From positions 1,536,001 to 1,600,000 of the forward strand of contig OY759974.1 in NCBI GenBank assembly GCA_963662945.1: a stretch of DNA of 64,000 nt. Reading direction: 5' to 3'. The DNA comes from Arcobacteraceae bacterium (GTDB taxonomy: Bacteria; Campylobacterota; Campylobacteria; Campylobacterales; Arcobacteraceae). A program made the position numbers and the translations under genes. The notes under the pieces are model-generated. The model saw only the letters and a program-made list of their open reading frames with translations. It was not told the origin of the DNA and made no database searches. Of the stretch, positions 20,781-32,045 are shown in pieces; position 1 is the stretch's first letter; each line of letters opens with the position of its first letter.

Positions 20781-21602
20781 ATGAAAAATTACTCACAAAT
20801 AGTAGATTGGAGTGATGTATATAATATAGGACATGATAAAGTCGATAGTGAACATAAAAAACTTTTTGAGTTAGCGACTATAGTAGCTAGCAGTATAGAT
20901 GATAAAGAGGTTTTACTTAAAAGTATAAAAGAACTCGTCAAGTACACAAAATTTCATTTTGCAAATGAAGAACAATATATGAAATCCATAAATTTTCCAT
21001 TTTTAGAAGAGCATAAACAACTTCATAAAAATATTGTAGATAAAGTAAATGAAATCTTAGTACAGCTTAATAGTATGCCTCCTACTGATATAGCATTACA
21101 ATTATCTGTATTTATTAAAGAAAATATTATAAACCACATTTTAACCGAAGATAAAAGAGTGCATCATTTTAGAAGAAATAGAAAAGAGCTCATTGAGATA
21201 TTTCAATGGAGAGATTTATATAAAATTGAAAATAATAAAATAGATGAAGAGCATAAAAAACTTTTTGATATTGCTTTGAGAACATTAGAATATAAAGATG
21301 GAAATATTAAACAACATATACGAGATGTACTTATAGAGTTATATGACTATATGAAAGTTCATTTTACAAATGAAGAACAATATATGGAAGAAATTGGATA
21401 TGAAAATAGAGAAGAACATAGTAAAATTCATGAAAAAATTATAGTACATCTCAATGAATTTATAAAAAAACTTCCAACAATAAGTATTGAAAAATTTGAA
21501 AGACTATTGATTGAGTATATGGATGTATGGCTGATTAATCATATTATATGTGAAGATCAGAAAATAATATGTAACCAAAAAATAATACAATACAACAGTT
21601 AA
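20781..21602 (+). CDS. Double-domain bacteriohemerythrin
   Basis: Two complete H...HxxxE...HxxxH...HxxxxD sets; ATG 20781 follows GGAG (upstream GTG lies in the hpf terminator). Confidence 0.92.
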   Translation: MKNYSQIVDWSDVYNIGHDKVDSEHKKLFELATIVASSIDDKEVLLKSIKELVKYTKFHFANEEQYMKSINFPFLEEHKQLHKNIVDKVNEILVQLNSMPPTDIALQLSVFIKENIINHILTEDKRVHHFRRNRKELIEIFQWRDLYKIENNKIDEEHKKLFDIALRTLEYKDGNIKQHIRDVLIELYDYMKVHFTNEEQYMEEIGYENREEHSKIHEKIIVHLNEFIKKLPTISIEKFERLLIEYMDVWLINHIICEDQKIICNQKIIQYNS

Positions 21603-21698
21603 GGTTAAAATTCTAGAGTTTAAAGCTTTTTTGTACTATAATTATTACTTAAACTTATATTTAATAAGTACTAATTATTACTATAATAAGGAAAGAAT

Positions 21699-24356
21699 AT
21701 GCAAAAAATTCTGGGAACTCTATCATTAAAAGCGAAATTACAAATTTTAACATTTATACCATTAGCAGGTTTACTTTATTTTATTATAACAACGGTAATT
21801 CAATCTTATACCCAAACACAAAATATGCAACGATTAGCACCTCTTGTTCATGTTACAAATAATATTGCTAAAATTTTAAATGAACAACAAATAGAAAGAG
21901 GATACACTGCAGGATTTATAAGTAGTCACGGAGAAAACTTTGAAAATGAATTAATGACTCAAAGAAAAAAAGTAGATAAACTTTATACTGATACAAAAGA
22001 TTTTATTTTAGCTATGGAAGTAAAAGCTGAAATAAAAGATTTACTTGAAAAACAAACTTCTTCTGTATATACAAGATTAAATGGAGTAAGAGCAGAGATT
22101 AGAAAAAATAATGTAAGAAATACACGGGCAACTAATGCTCTTAATTTTTATACCTCAATGAATAATAGTTTACTTGAAACACTATTATTATTAACACATT
22201 ATAGTGATAATGCAAAAATTACAGCTCAAATAATTGCATATTACAACATATTAGCAACAAAAGATGATACAGAATTAATTAGATCTTATGGTTTAAATAC
22301 TATTAATGAATTGGATAATATTACAGATGAAAATGATAATAGTAAAAATATTCTTTATGGACAAATTAAGTTAAAATCAGTTCTTGCTTCAGAAGATTTG
22401 AAATTGATAGTATTTTTAAAAGTAGCAAGTAAAGATACTCTTGCTTTTTATGAAAAGATAATAAAAACTGTTAATCTAGATAATTATAATGAATTTGTAA
22501 GATCTTTAGCAAATGATGAAGATTTAGAATTGTATCAAGGTGAAGGTGAAAAGTTTTTTAAACTTGCAACTCAAAAAGTTGTAATGTTTCAACAAATTGA
22601 GAAACATGTATCTAGTAATATTAAAAACTATATTGAAAAACTTAAAAAAGAAGCACAAAGTGCATTTATTAGTAATGTAGTTTTGGGTATTGTTATCTTA
22701 CTTCTTACCCTTATTTTAGGATTAATGATTTATAAAAGAATTGATTCAGATATGAAACTTTTAAAAACAAATTTATTAGGATTTTTTGATTTTGTATCAA
22801 AAAAACAAGATGATATTCATATCAGAGATGTAGAAGGAAGTGATGAGTTTGCAGTACTTATTAATACGATTAATAAAGAAGCTTTAAAAACTAAAGATTT
22901 AGCAAGTAAAGATAATATTGTATTAAAAGAGATAGATGAAACAATAAGTAGAGTTGAAAATGGTTTTTTTACTTATAATATAAAAGCTGAAGCTGGAAGT
23001 GATTCTGTAAAACTTTTAAAAGATAATGTAAATAATATGATTAATACAACAAAAGAAAAGTTAGACACACTTAATCTTATTTTAGAATCTTATGGGCAAT
23101 ATAAATATGATTTTAAATTAAATGCCGAACAAAGAAAAGGGATGGCTGGAGACATCGGTACATTAAGTACATCATTGCTAGCTTTGGGAGAAGATATTTC
23201 AATATTTATGGCAACTTTTAGTAATGTTGTAGATAATTTAAACAACAATACAAATATATTATTAGATACATCATCATCTCTTTCTAATTCATCAAATAAA
23301 CAAGCAGCATCATTGGAAGAAACAGCGGCATCAATTGATGATATTACTACAACAATTAAATCAAATACATCGAATGTAGCAAGGATGTCAAATATTTCTG
23401 ATGAACTTCAAGATAAAGCACATAAAGGCAATACTTTAGCAAGTGATACATCAAAAGCTATGGAAGAGATAAACGAAAAAATTAATCAAATCAATGAAGC
23501 AATTAGTGTAATTGATCAAATAGCATTCCAAACAAATATTCTCTCACTTAATGCAGCAGTAGAAGCAGCAACAGCAGGTGAAGCTGGAAAAGGATTTGCA
23601 GTAGTTGCTCAAGAAGTTAGAAACCTAGCTTCAAGAAGTGCAGATGCAGCAAATGAAATTAAACAATTAGTAGAAGATGCAACACAAAAAGCCACAAGTG
23701 GAAAACAGATATCAACAAGTATGATTGATGGTTATAGTGAACTCAATGAGAAGATAATACAAACAAAAACGATTATTGATGATGTAACTGTTGCTTCAAG
23801 GGATCAACAAAATAAAATAGAACAAATAAATGCGGCTATTTCACAAATTGATCATATGACGCAAGAAAATGCTTCAAATGCAAATAATCTGAATCAAATC
23901 TCAACAGAAGTTGAGAAGTTATCTAAAGAGATTGAAGCAACTATTTCTCAAGCCCAATTTAGTGAAGAGTATAAAAAGATTGTTTGTAATCCAAATCTTG
24001 CACATACAATATCATCATATAAACGTTATCATATATCTTTTAAAAGCGATAATTTTAAAAAATTAAATGAGTTTTCTGCTTTTGCAGTAACTGATCACAA
24101 AAATTGTGATATGGCTAAATGGATAGCACAACAAGAATCTAATCAAGAGTCTTTTACGAAAGTATCTTCTTGGGATGAGTTGAAAAAAACACATGAAAAT
24201 TTTCATACAAGTATACAAGAATATATCAATGATAATGCATCAAATGTAAACCAAGAACAATTAGAGAAAAAAGCATTGATTATAGAAGAAAATACACTGG
24301 ATGTATTTGAAAAATTAAATAATGTTTTAAAAGAAAATTGTAATAAAAATTATTGA
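21699..24356 (+). CDS. Methyl-accepting chemotaxis protein: NIT-like sensor, 2 TM, signalling domain, C-terminal CZB
   Basis: [53 protein letters not shown]. Confidence 0.92.
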   Translation: MQKILGTLSLKAKLQILTFIPLAGLLYFIITTVIQSYTQTQNMQRLAPLVHVTNNIAKILNEQQIERGYTAGFISSHGENFENELMTQRKKVDKLYTDTKDFILAMEVKAEIKDLLEKQTSSVYTRLNGVRAEIRKNNVRNTRATNALNFYTSMNNSLLETLLLLTHYSDNAKITAQIIAYYNILATKDDTELIRSYGLNTINELDNITDENDNSKNILYGQIKLKSVLASEDLKLIVFLKVASKDTLAFYEKIIKTVNLDNYNEFVRSLANDEDLELYQGEGEKFFKLATQKVVMFQQIEKHVSSNIKNYIEKLKKEAQSAFISNVVLGIVILLLTLILGLMIYKRIDSDMKLLKTNLLGFFDFVSKKQDDIHIRDVEGSDEFAVLINTINKEALKTKDLASKDNIVLKEIDETISRVENGFFTYNIKAEAGSDSVKLLKDNVNNMINTTKEKLDTLNLILESYGQYKYDFKLNAEQRKGMAGDIGTLSTSLLALGEDISIFMATFSNVVDNLNNNTNILLDTSSSLSNSSNKQAASLEETAASIDDITTTIKSNTSNVARMSNISDELQDKAHKGNTLASDTSKAMEEINEKINQINEAISVIDQIAFQTNILSLNAAVEAATAGEAGKGFAVVAQEVRNLASRSADAANEIKQLVEDATQKATSGKQISTSMIDGYSELNEKIIQTKTIIDDVTVASRDQQNKIEQINAAISQIDHMTQENASNANNLNQISTEVEKLSKEIEATISQAQFSEEYKKIVCNPNLAHTISSYKRYHISFKSDNFKKLNEFSAFAVTDHKNCDMAKWIAQQESNQESFTKVSSWDELKKTHENFHTSIQEYINDNASNVNQEQLEKKALIIEENTLDVFEKLNNVLKENCNKNY
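23514..23653 (+). repeat. 140-bp MCP signalling-tip repeat, copy A (inverted relative to 27150-27289)
   Basis: Manual alignment: 135/140 identical, first 59 nt identical. Confidence 0.9.
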
Positions 24357-24417
24357 TAGATTAAGTTTAATATTATACTATACAAAAATATTTAATAATA
24401 AAAATAAAGTAGTGTAG

Positions 24418-24978
24418 ATGATAAAAATAGCAGTATTAGCTTCCCATAATGGAAGTGGATTTGAAGCATTATATAATGCTTCAAAAGCCAAAGAATTAGA
24501 TATCGAGATTGTTGTAGTTATTTCAAATAATACAAATGCTGAAATTTTAAAAAGAGCAAATTTATATAAAATAGATAATTTTATAGTAAATCAGAAATTG
24601 TGCGATGATGTTGATGCAAAAATTGAACAAATATTACGAGAGTATAATTGTGATTATGTTTTTTTAAGTGGCTATATGAAAAAAATTTCCTCTTCTTTAT
24701 CTAAAAATTTTAAAATATTAAATTCTCACCCAGCACTTTTGCCAAAATATGGTGGTGCTGGTATGTATGGTAGATTTGTTCATGAAGCGGTTATCCATAA
24801 TAACGAAAGAGAAAGTGGTGTAACAATTCATGAAGTAAATGAAAACTATGATGAAGGGAAAATTATTTTACAAGAAAGCATTGATTTAGATGAAAATGAA
24901 ACAGTTGATAGCTTAGAGTCTAAAGTAAAAAACTTAGAACAAAAAGCTATAGTTGCGGCTTTTAAAAAGCTACTTTAA
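24418..24978 (+). CDS. purN: Phosphoribosylglycinamide formyltransferase
   Basis: IAVLAS.NGS, LSGYMK, NSHPALLP, GVTIH, DEGKII. Confidence 0.93.
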   Translation: MIKIAVLASHNGSGFEALYNASKAKELDIEIVVVISNNTNAEILKRANLYKIDNFIVNQKLCDDVDAKIEQILREYNCDYVFLSGYMKKISSSLSKNFKILNSHPALLPKYGGAGMYGRFVHEAVIHNNERESGVTIHEVNENYDEGKIILQESIDLDENETVDSLESKVKNLEQKAIVAAFKKLL

Positions 24979-25575
24979 TCCAGTAAGTAAAAATATAGGG
25001 AAATCTTTATGGGGTTTTTTAGCCACACTCACTTCATGTATCTCTAGTTGTCTAAATCCAGCTTCTTTAGCACATTTAAGGATGAAGTCTTCATTAAAAC
25101 CAAAATGAAATACACCAGTATCATCAGAATGAAAACTTCCATCTTCTGTATATAAATCTGACAGTGCAATAGTACCATTCTCGTCTAACATATTATGAAA
25201 CTTTTTAAATAACTCTAAGATATCTTCTACATGATGTAATGTCATAGAAGATATAATTCCATCAAATTTTTTGTCAATTGTACTTTTTGACAGGTCTAAT
25301 TCTAAAATTTCTAAATCACAAGCAACCAAATCTTTATTTGCTTTGAGTTCTTCAATCATAGATTTTGACATATCTATCCCAGTAATTTTTCCTACATATG
25401 GTGCAATTTCTATACTTAAAAGTCCTGTACCACTCCCAAAATCCATAATATGCATATCTTTTGTATAGGATATTTTTTTTATCATTCCATCAGCAATTGT
25501 TTGTACATTTCGTACACGTTTACTATCTTTACTATATGTTTTTGATTTATTTTCAAAATAATCTTTTTTTTCCAT
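24970..25575 (-). CDS. Class I SAM-dependent methyltransferase
   Basis: MDFGSGTG, ID.SKSM, FDGIISSMTLHHV. Confidence 0.9.
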   Translation of the reverse strand: MEKKDYFENKSKTYSKDSKRVRNVQTIADGMIKKISYTKDMHIMDFGSGTGLLSIEIAPYVGKITGIDMSKSMIEELKANKDLVACDLEILELDLSKSTIDKKFDGIISSMTLHHVEDILELFKKFHNMLDENGTIALSDLYTEDGSFHSDDTGVFHFGFNEDFILKCAKEAGFRQLEIHEVSVAKKPHKDFPIFLLTGLK

Positions 25576-25586
25576 TTAATTCCTTT

Positions 25587-26009
25587 TTAAAATGGCGCTT
25601 TGCCAGTCCAGTCTCGTATAAGTTTAATTTCATCTTTTGTTAACTTTGCATCTTCATGAAGTGAAAGATAGCTTGAAAGTGGCATAGCAGCATAAACAGT
25701 CCTAAAAATCTCTTTCAGCTTATCATCTTTTTGTTTTTCAGTATAATTTCCCCAAGTTGAAAAGTTTAACCATTGTCTTCCTAAATCAACATGTTTTTTA
25801 ATTAGAAAAGAAGCTGGTGCAATTGATGCATACCAAGGTCTGTTAACATTGTTTGAATGACAATCATAGCAAGAACGTTTAAAAATAGCCATAACTTCTG
25901 GAGGAGCTTTAATCTCCAAGTTTTTATCAGTTTCTGGATTTTCAATTTCAGAAGGGATAAATTGTAATAATACGAATATTCCAAAAAGAATCATCAAAAT
26001 TTTTTTCAT
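25587..26009 (-). CDS. Exported monoheme cytochrome c (Haem_bd-type domain)
   Basis: N-terminal anchor; RSCYDCHS, PWY, LNFSTW, MP.SSY. Confidence 0.88.
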   Translation of the reverse strand: MKKILMILFGIFVLLQFIPSEIENPETDKNLEIKAPPEVMAIFKRSCYDCHSNNVNRPWYASIAPASFLIKKHVDLGRQWLNFSTWGNYTEKQKDDKLKEIFRTVYAAMPLSSYLSLHEDAKLTKDEIKLIRDWTGKAPF

Positions 26010-26064
26010 TTAATTCCTTGATTTAGTGGAAGTATAAATGATTTTTCATTTATACCTAATATTT

Positions 26065-26433
26065 TTAGAGTCCAAGATTATCAAGGACTTTATTTTCAAC
26101 ATCTCGTAAACTTACAAAAGGTTTTGTAACATAATCAGTTGCACCTGTTTTATTTGCGTGTATTACTTTATCAACAGTTGAGTATGCTGTCATCATAATT
26201 ATTTTTTGATTAGGGTTAGTAGTTTTTACTTCATCTAAAAAATCTAAACCATTCATTTGTGGCATCATGATATCTAATAAAACCAAATCAAATTTTCCTT
26301 GTTTTACACTTTCAAGTGCATTTTTTGGATTTGAAAATGTTTCAATATCAAACTTTTCACTTCGAAGTAAAAATCTCTCAAGTGTATCTAAAATATCTTG
26401 TTCATCATCTATTATTGCTATTTTTTTATTCAT
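26065..26433 (-). CDS. Stand-alone response regulator receiver protein
   Basis: IIDDE, LLDIMMP, MTA, KP; ATG 26433 follows AAGGAG. Confidence 0.92.
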   Translation of the reverse strand: MNKKIAIIDDEQDILDTLERFLLRSEKFDIETFSNPKNALESVKQGKFDLVLLDIMMPQMNGLDFLDEVKTTNPNQKIIMMTAYSTVDKVIHANKTGATDYVTKPFVSLRDVENKVLDNLGL

Positions 26434-26449
26434 CTCAAACTCCTTTGTT

Positions 26450-28999
26450 TTATTTATAAGCACAATGTTCTTGTTTTACTATATCTAACATTTCAAAAAC
26501 TTTTCCTGTAGCATGTTCAATCTCATTACCAATTTCTAATAAATGTTCATTAGAATCATTTTGAGCATTATGGTCAATATATTTTTGAACTGATTTATGC
26601 ACTTGAGCATGTGCAACATTTAAATTTTTCCAATTTTCTGTTTTTGTAAAATCTCTTCCCGCTGTTTCTTGCTCTTTAATCCAAGCAGCAAGTTTACATT
26701 CATGTTCATTTGTTACTTTAAAACTTGCTCTTTCATTTAATCTTGTAAAATTCGATGTTTTAAAATGTAAATGGTCAAGTTTTAAGCTGTTAAGTTTGTA
26801 AACATTCTCAACATCACATACTTGTTTTCTTGCATTTTGATCATATTGTGCGTGGTTTGCAATACTAATTAATTTTTCTGATAAAGATGCCACTTCTTTT
26901 GCTAATGAGTCAATATGTGTAGCATCACTAGCATTTTCTTGAGTGTTTTTATCTAAAATATTAATAGCATCATTTATTTGAATAATACCTTTTGTTTGTT
27001 CACTTGAAGCTTGTGCAACAAGATCTATCATTTGTTTATTTTGTTCTATTTTTGTTGTTAAATCTTCATATCCATGAATCATAGTATCGGCAATTTTTTT
27101 ACCTTCATTTGCTTTATTATTTGCATTTTCAACTAATTCTTTGATGTCTTTTGCTGCATCTGCACTTCTTGAAGCTAAGTTTCTAACCTCTTGTGCAACT
27201 ACTGCAAATCCTTTTCCAGCTTCTCCTGCAGTTGCTGCTTCTACTGCTGCATTAAGTGAGAGAATATTTGTTTGGAATGCTATTTGATCTATTACAGTAA
27301 TTGCTTCATTGATTGCTGTTACTTGTGAGTTGATTTCACCCATTGATGATGCAGTTTTGATAGCTAGTTGTTGACCTTGAGATGAAGCTGCAATTACTTC
27401 ATCTGATAAAAGTGCCATTTTATTTACATTTTCACTGCTACTTTGGATATTACTTGATATCTCTTCAACAGCTGCTGCTGTTTCTTCTAGTGATGCAGCT
27501 TGTGCATTTGCAGAACTTGATAGTGAATTTGCAGAACTTGATAATATTTCAATATTTTGTGATAATTGTTCCCCACTCATCATAATTGTTGCTAATAGTT
27601 CAGAGATATTGTTTCCAATTGCTTTTGTTCCAAAAACCATAGAGCCAATAGTACCACTTACATTGTCTACATTAAATTTATAATCAAATCTTGCATTACC
27701 ATATTCTATTAAAGCTTTATCTAAAGCATCAAATTTTTCACCTAAATCAGCAATCATAGCATTTACAGAGTTTTTTAAATCATTTGTAGATCTGTTATCT
27801 GTTTCTGCTTCTACTGTATAAATAAAGAAACCAGCTCTAGCCATTTGGATTGCTTTATCAACTTCTTCTACAACCATTTGGTCTTGTTTCATTGTACTTC
27901 TTAGCTTTTCCATGTATGCATTAAAATGAATCCCTAATTTTCCTATTTCATCATTTGCTTTTACATCTATCTTTTGATCAGCACTTGTAAAATTCATTAA
28001 TGCTACAACAGAGTCAGTCAGTTTAGTTAAAGGTACTATGATTGTAGAATTTAAATTTATAAGTGTTGCAACTAGTGTAATGATTGAAAATATTAGTAAA
28101 AGAATAAGTGAAGCATTGATAATAACTTGTGCATCATTAATTGATTTGTGGATAATATCAATAGGTCTTCCGCTAAGATAGATTCCTAATTTTTTACCTT
28201 CAAAATCAATTACATAATCATAAGTATAATAGTATTTATTTCCCATGAAATAACCATCTGAAAAGAGTTGTTTCATATCTATTGCTTGTGCATCATTTAA
28301 AAAATCTTTATTAACAAATTTTTGCGAAATAAGGTAATTTTTGAATTTATTTTTTTCATCAAATAATTGTACGTTCTGTTTACTTATATCCATTAACAAT
28401 AAAAATCCATCTTTTACTTGATCAAATTTTTTTGCTACAGAGTTTAATCCTTGTATAAACTCTAACGAACCAAGATGTGAACCATCATCATCTTTAATTG
28501 GTACAACAGATCTTAAAGAAAGTCCAGCTTTCCCTAGTTCCATAGTATTTACAGGTTTTATTGTTTTATTTACTTGCACAACACTGTCTCTAAATGAACT
28601 TAAATCATCACCAAATTTGTCTAGTTTCCAACCTCGTACAAATGATTTATTATCCGATGTGTGAATATGTACTTTTATATTTTTAAAAGGTGTATTTTCT
28701 TTCATCTCCTTTGATATTGTTTTTAAGCTTAAAATAGCAAAATTTCTATCATTGAGTCTGAGAGATTTTTTGATTCTACCATCATTCGCAATAGAAAGTG
28801 CATTAGAAATACCAACTGCCATTTTTTCTTCTATATTACTTTGCGTAAATGCATGTAACTCTTCAGTTGCTTGCTTATATATCTCTTTAGATGCTTCTTG
28901 TTTAAAGTAGTTTAATACAAAAAAACTAGCTAATAGGACTACTACTGTAGTTATTATACTAATTATTGTAAACTTATTTTTAATTGATGTTTCTTTCAT
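26450..28999 (-). CDS. Methyl-accepting chemotaxis protein: dCache-like sensor, HAMP, signalling domain, C-terminal CZB
   Basis: 2 [22 protein letters not shown] Cache motif; DEIG; MCP tip; DH..HEC..W..HAQVH. Confidence 0.92.
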   Translation of the reverse strand: MKETSIKNKFTIISIITTVVVLLASFFVLNYFKQEASKEIYKQATEELHAFTQSNIEEKMAVGISNALSIANDGRIKKSLRLNDRNFAILSLKTISKEMKENTPFKNIKVHIHTSDNKSFVRGWKLDKFGDDLSSFRDSVVQVNKTIKPVNTMELGKAGLSLRSVVPIKDDDGSHLGSLEFIQGLNSVAKKFDQVKDGFLLLMDISKQNVQLFDEKNKFKNYLISQKFVNKDFLNDAQAIDMKQLFSDGYFMGNKYYYTYDYVIDFEGKKLGIYLSGRPIDIIHKSINDAQVIINASLILLLIFSIITLVATLINLNSTIIVPLTKLTDSVVALMNFTSADQKIDVKANDEIGKLGIHFNAYMEKLRSTMKQDQMVVEEVDKAIQMARAGFFIYTVEAETDNRSTNDLKNSVNAMIADLGEKFDALDKALIEYGNARFDYKFNVDNVSGTIGSMVFGTKAIGNNISELLATIMMSGEQLSQNIEILSSSANSLSSSANAQAASLEETAAAVEEISSNIQSSSENVNKMALLSDEVIAASSQGQQLAIKTASSMGEINSQVTAINEAITVIDQIAFQTNILSLNAAVEAATAGEAGKGFAVVAQEVRNLASRSADAAKDIKELVENANNKANEGKKIADTMIHGYEDLTTKIEQNKQMIDLVAQASSEQTKGIIQINDAINILDKNTQENASDATHIDSLAKEVASLSEKLISIANHAQYDQNARKQVCDVENVYKLNSLKLDHLHFKTSNFTRLNERASFKVTNEHECKLAAWIKEQETAGRDFTKTENWKNLNVAHAQVHKSVQKYIDHNAQNDSNEHLLEIGNEIEHATGKVFEMLDIVKQEHCAYK
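27150..27289 (-). repeat. 140-bp MCP signalling-tip repeat, copy B
   Basis: Reverse complement matches 23514-23653 with 5 synonymous differences. Confidence 0.9.
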
Positions 29000-29126
29000 A
29001 TGCCTTATCTCCTACATAGATATTGAACGTTAATGAGAGTCTAATAAAGAAAAATCTCATCATGGTTACAAATGCTAAAATATATTACTTATTGTACTAA
29101 AATAAACATAAATATTATCTATTTAT

Positions 29127-29441
29127 TTAGAAGAATAGGGAGTATGGACGCTGGATTTGTAATGATAATTCAGAGATTGAAATATGTCTTGATTCTCTTA
29201 TAAATTCTTTTGAGTCAAAATAAATAATTACAGTTGGGATTGATAAAACATTTAATTGGGCAGCAGTTTGCGTAAATTCATCTGCACTTATGTATATTTG
29301 TTTTATTTTTGGAAATTCTGTGTTAAATAAATCTTTTATTTTAGGTTGTAGTGCTTTACATACTCCACAGTTTTCACCACTAAAATATACCATTATTGCA
29401 TCATTATTTTTTATAATTTCTTGTAAGTTTTCTATTTCCAT
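29127..29441 (-). CDS. Thioredoxin-family protein
   Basis: YFSGENCGVCKAL, SIPT cis-Pro motif. Confidence 0.88.
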   Translation of the reverse strand: MEIENLQEIIKNNDAIMVYFSGENCGVCKALQPKIKDLFNTEFPKIKQIYISADEFTQTAAQLNVLSIPTVIIYFDSKEFIRESRHISISELSLQIQRPYSLFF

Positions 29442-29445
29442 ATTA

Positions 29446-30798
29446 TTAAACCAATATATATTTAGCAAGTGCTAAAAAGCTAAAAAATCCCATAATATCT
29501 GTAACAGTAGTAAGTATTACTGTACTTCCTATAGCAGGGTCAATTTCAAATTTTTTTAGAAGTAAAGGGATAACTGCACCGAAAAATCCAGCACAGAAAA
29601 GTGTTATAATCATTGACAAGGCTATAACAAATCCCAACATAATATTTTCAAACCAAGCAAAAGCTATAAATCCTAAAATAATAGCAAATAACATTCCATT
29701 GAGTAAAGATAATAAAATCTCTTTTTTAATAGCATATTTACTATTGTGTTCATCAATATCTCCAAGAGCTAATTGTCTAACCATAACTGCAAGCGTTTGT
29801 GTCCCAGCATTTCCACCCATTGAAGCAACAATAGGCATTAAAATTGCTAAGGCGATAAATTCTTTCAGTGTTTCATCAAAAATACCTATAACAAAAGAAG
29901 CTAAAATAGCTGTTAAAAGATTAATAAACAACCAAGAGGCTCTTTTTTTACCAGTTTGAAGTAATTCTTCATCTTGCTCATAATCTTCATCTACCCCAGC
30001 AAGTTGATACATCTGTTCTGTTGCATTTTGTTCAACAATATCTAAAATATCATCAGAAGTAATTCTTCCCAACAATCGATTTTTATAACCAGTAACGGCA
30101 ACAACAGAAAGGTTATAATTTTCAAATTGTTTTACTACATCATCTATATTGTCATCTCCAACAACTGAAAATGGCTTAAAATTTTTATCACTATTTTTTT
30201 CTAAAATTTTTTTATATTTTAATTTAAAATCATATGTAACCAAATCTTCCAAAGCAATTGAAGCAATTAAAGTTGTATCATCATCGATTATAAATACTTG
30301 GTGGATATTCTCTATTTCATCATTTTTTTTAAGGATTTTTAATCTATCTATTGATTCTTGTATTGTTTCATTGAGATTTGCACTAAAAAGTTCTGTTTGC
30401 ATGTATGCACCAGCTTTAGTTTCATCATATTTTTTAAGCCAGTTAATATCATCTTGATCTTCTTTATCTAAAGAATCTAAAACATTTTTTGCTTTTTGTT
30501 CATCAATCTCTTCAATATCTTGAATAATATCAGTTGCATCATCTGTTTCTAACTCTTCAAGTGCGTGGGAAATTTGTTCATGAGATAAAGAATTATATGC
30601 TTTTTCTCTTAAAGATTCTGGAAGTTCTAATAAAACTTCTCCTAGATATTCTTGAGGGATTTTATGAAGATATTCATAAAAAAGATCATTGTCTTTTTTC
30701 TTAATTTTTTTAAGTTTATTTGCAATATCACTTGGGTGAAAATTATCGATTTGTTCTAAGATTTCATCTAAATCTATGATGATGTTTTTATCTGACAT
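29446..30798 (-). CDS. mgtE: Magnesium transporter MgtE
   Basis: Acidic N-domain (HPSDIA), CBS pair, PIVASMGGNAGTQ, DPA, TD. Confidence 0.96.
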   Translation of the reverse strand: MSDKNIIIDLDEILEQIDNFHPSDIANKLKKIKKKDNDLFYEYLHKIPQEYLGEVLLELPESLREKAYNSLSHEQISHALEELETDDATDIIQDIEEIDEQKAKNVLDSLDKEDQDDINWLKKYDETKAGAYMQTELFSANLNETIQESIDRLKILKKNDEIENIHQVFIIDDDTTLIASIALEDLVTYDFKLKYKKILEKNSDKNFKPFSVVGDDNIDDVVKQFENYNLSVVAVTGYKNRLLGRITSDDILDIVEQNATEQMYQLAGVDEDYEQDEELLQTGKKRASWLFINLLTAILASFVIGIFDETLKEFIALAILMPIVASMGGNAGTQTLAVMVRQLALGDIDEHNSKYAIKKEILLSLLNGMLFAIILGFIAFAWFENIMLGFVIALSMIITLFCAGFFGAVIPLLLKKFEIDPAIGSTVILTTVTDIMGFFSFLALAKYILV

Positions 30799-30806
30799 AA
30801 AAACTC

Positions 30807-31970
30807 CTATATTTTATATGCAAATTCAAAATTTTCAAGTTTTAAAGGTGTGTTTTTTTTGATATTATCCCCATCTAATTCTTTTTTAAGAGTATGAGCT
30901 ACTTGCATAAAATTTTTTCTTTTTTCTCCAGAGAGTTTTGTTTTAGTTACACTAATTATTGATAAAGGGTTTACAGCTTTTCCATTTTTGTAAAGACCGA
31001 AATGGAGATGTGGACCACTACTAAGTCCAGTGCTACCAACTCTGCCTATAAAAGTTCCTTGTTTTACCCAAGAACCAACTTTGATTTTACTGCTATAACT
31101 ATTAAGGTGTCCATAAAGTGATTTTAAACCATTATTGTGTCGTATTATAATAGCTTTACCATAACCACCTTTTCGTCCTTTGTGGATTATTCTACCATCT
31201 GCTGTTGCAAATATTTTTCTCCCAGTTGGTGCAGCAAAATCAACACCTAAGTGGGCTCTATATCGTTTTAAAACTGGATGCCATCTCTTTTTTGTAAATC
31301 TACTTGATATTCTAGTATAACTAAGTGGTATTTTTAAAAGGAAACTAGTAAGACTTTTTCCCTCTTCGTTGTAATATCTTTTATCATCTGGATTTTGAAA
31401 AATATAGTAAGTTTTCCTTCTCATTGAAACAGAAGCTCCCAATATTTCAGGTGAACCAAAATATCGACCTTCTCTGATTTTTTGTTTAAATATGATAGCG
31501 ATAGAATCATCTTTTCGTAATTTTTTAAAATTTACAGATTTTTTAAATGCTAGAATAAATTCATTTGCTAGTTCTTTATTACCTGTTGTTTCAACAATGT
31601 CTTGATAAGGAGAAGTATTAATTGTTATATTAATATTTTGTTCAATTTCAGTATAGTGTATTGGTATAATATCAAGCTCAAATACTCCAGATAAATTTTT
31701 GAAAATATGTATTTGCATATCTTCACTAATTGGAATTAGTGCTTGTTCAAGTTTATTTTTGTCATCATACATCATTTGGAACATGACACCAGCATATATC
31801 TCACTACAAAGCTCTTTATCTGTTTTTGAGAGATTGAAATATATATCTTTTTGGATTTGATGTTTATCTAAAAATGTGAGAAGAGTTTCTCCCTTCCACC
31901 AAACATCTTCTTGAACATAAGAAGCAAAGCTAATGATAACTGATAAAATAAATGATAGTATAATTTTCAA
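30807..31970 (-). CDS. M23 peptidoglycan DD-endopeptidase (Csd3/MepM-like)
   Basis: HLGVDFAA, YGHL, GSTGLSSGPHLHF; W.KGETLLTFL N-terminus. Confidence 0.92.
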   Translation of the reverse strand: MKIILSFILSVIISFASYVQEDVWWKGETLLTFLDKHQIQKDIYFNLSKTDKELCSEIYAGVMFQMMYDDKNKLEQALIPISEDMQIHIFKNLSGVFELDIIPIHYTEIEQNINITINTSPYQDIVETTGNKELANEFILAFKKSVNFKKLRKDDSIAIIFKQKIREGRYFGSPEILGASVSMRRKTYYIFQNPDDKRYYNEEGKSLTSFLLKIPLSYTRISSRFTKKRWHPVLKRYRAHLGVDFAAPTGRKIFATADGRIIHKGRKGGYGKAIIIRHNNGLKSLYGHLNSYSSKIKVGSWVKQGTFIGRVGSTGLSSGPHLHFGLYKNGKAVNPLSIISVTKTKLSGEKRKNFMQVAHTLKKELDGDNIKKNTPLKLENFEFAYKI

Positions 31971-32045
31971 TAAAAACTCTTTAGTATATGTAATTTAAGA
32001 GTTTTATTATACAATTTCATATCTTAAAAATCGGAAAAATCAATA

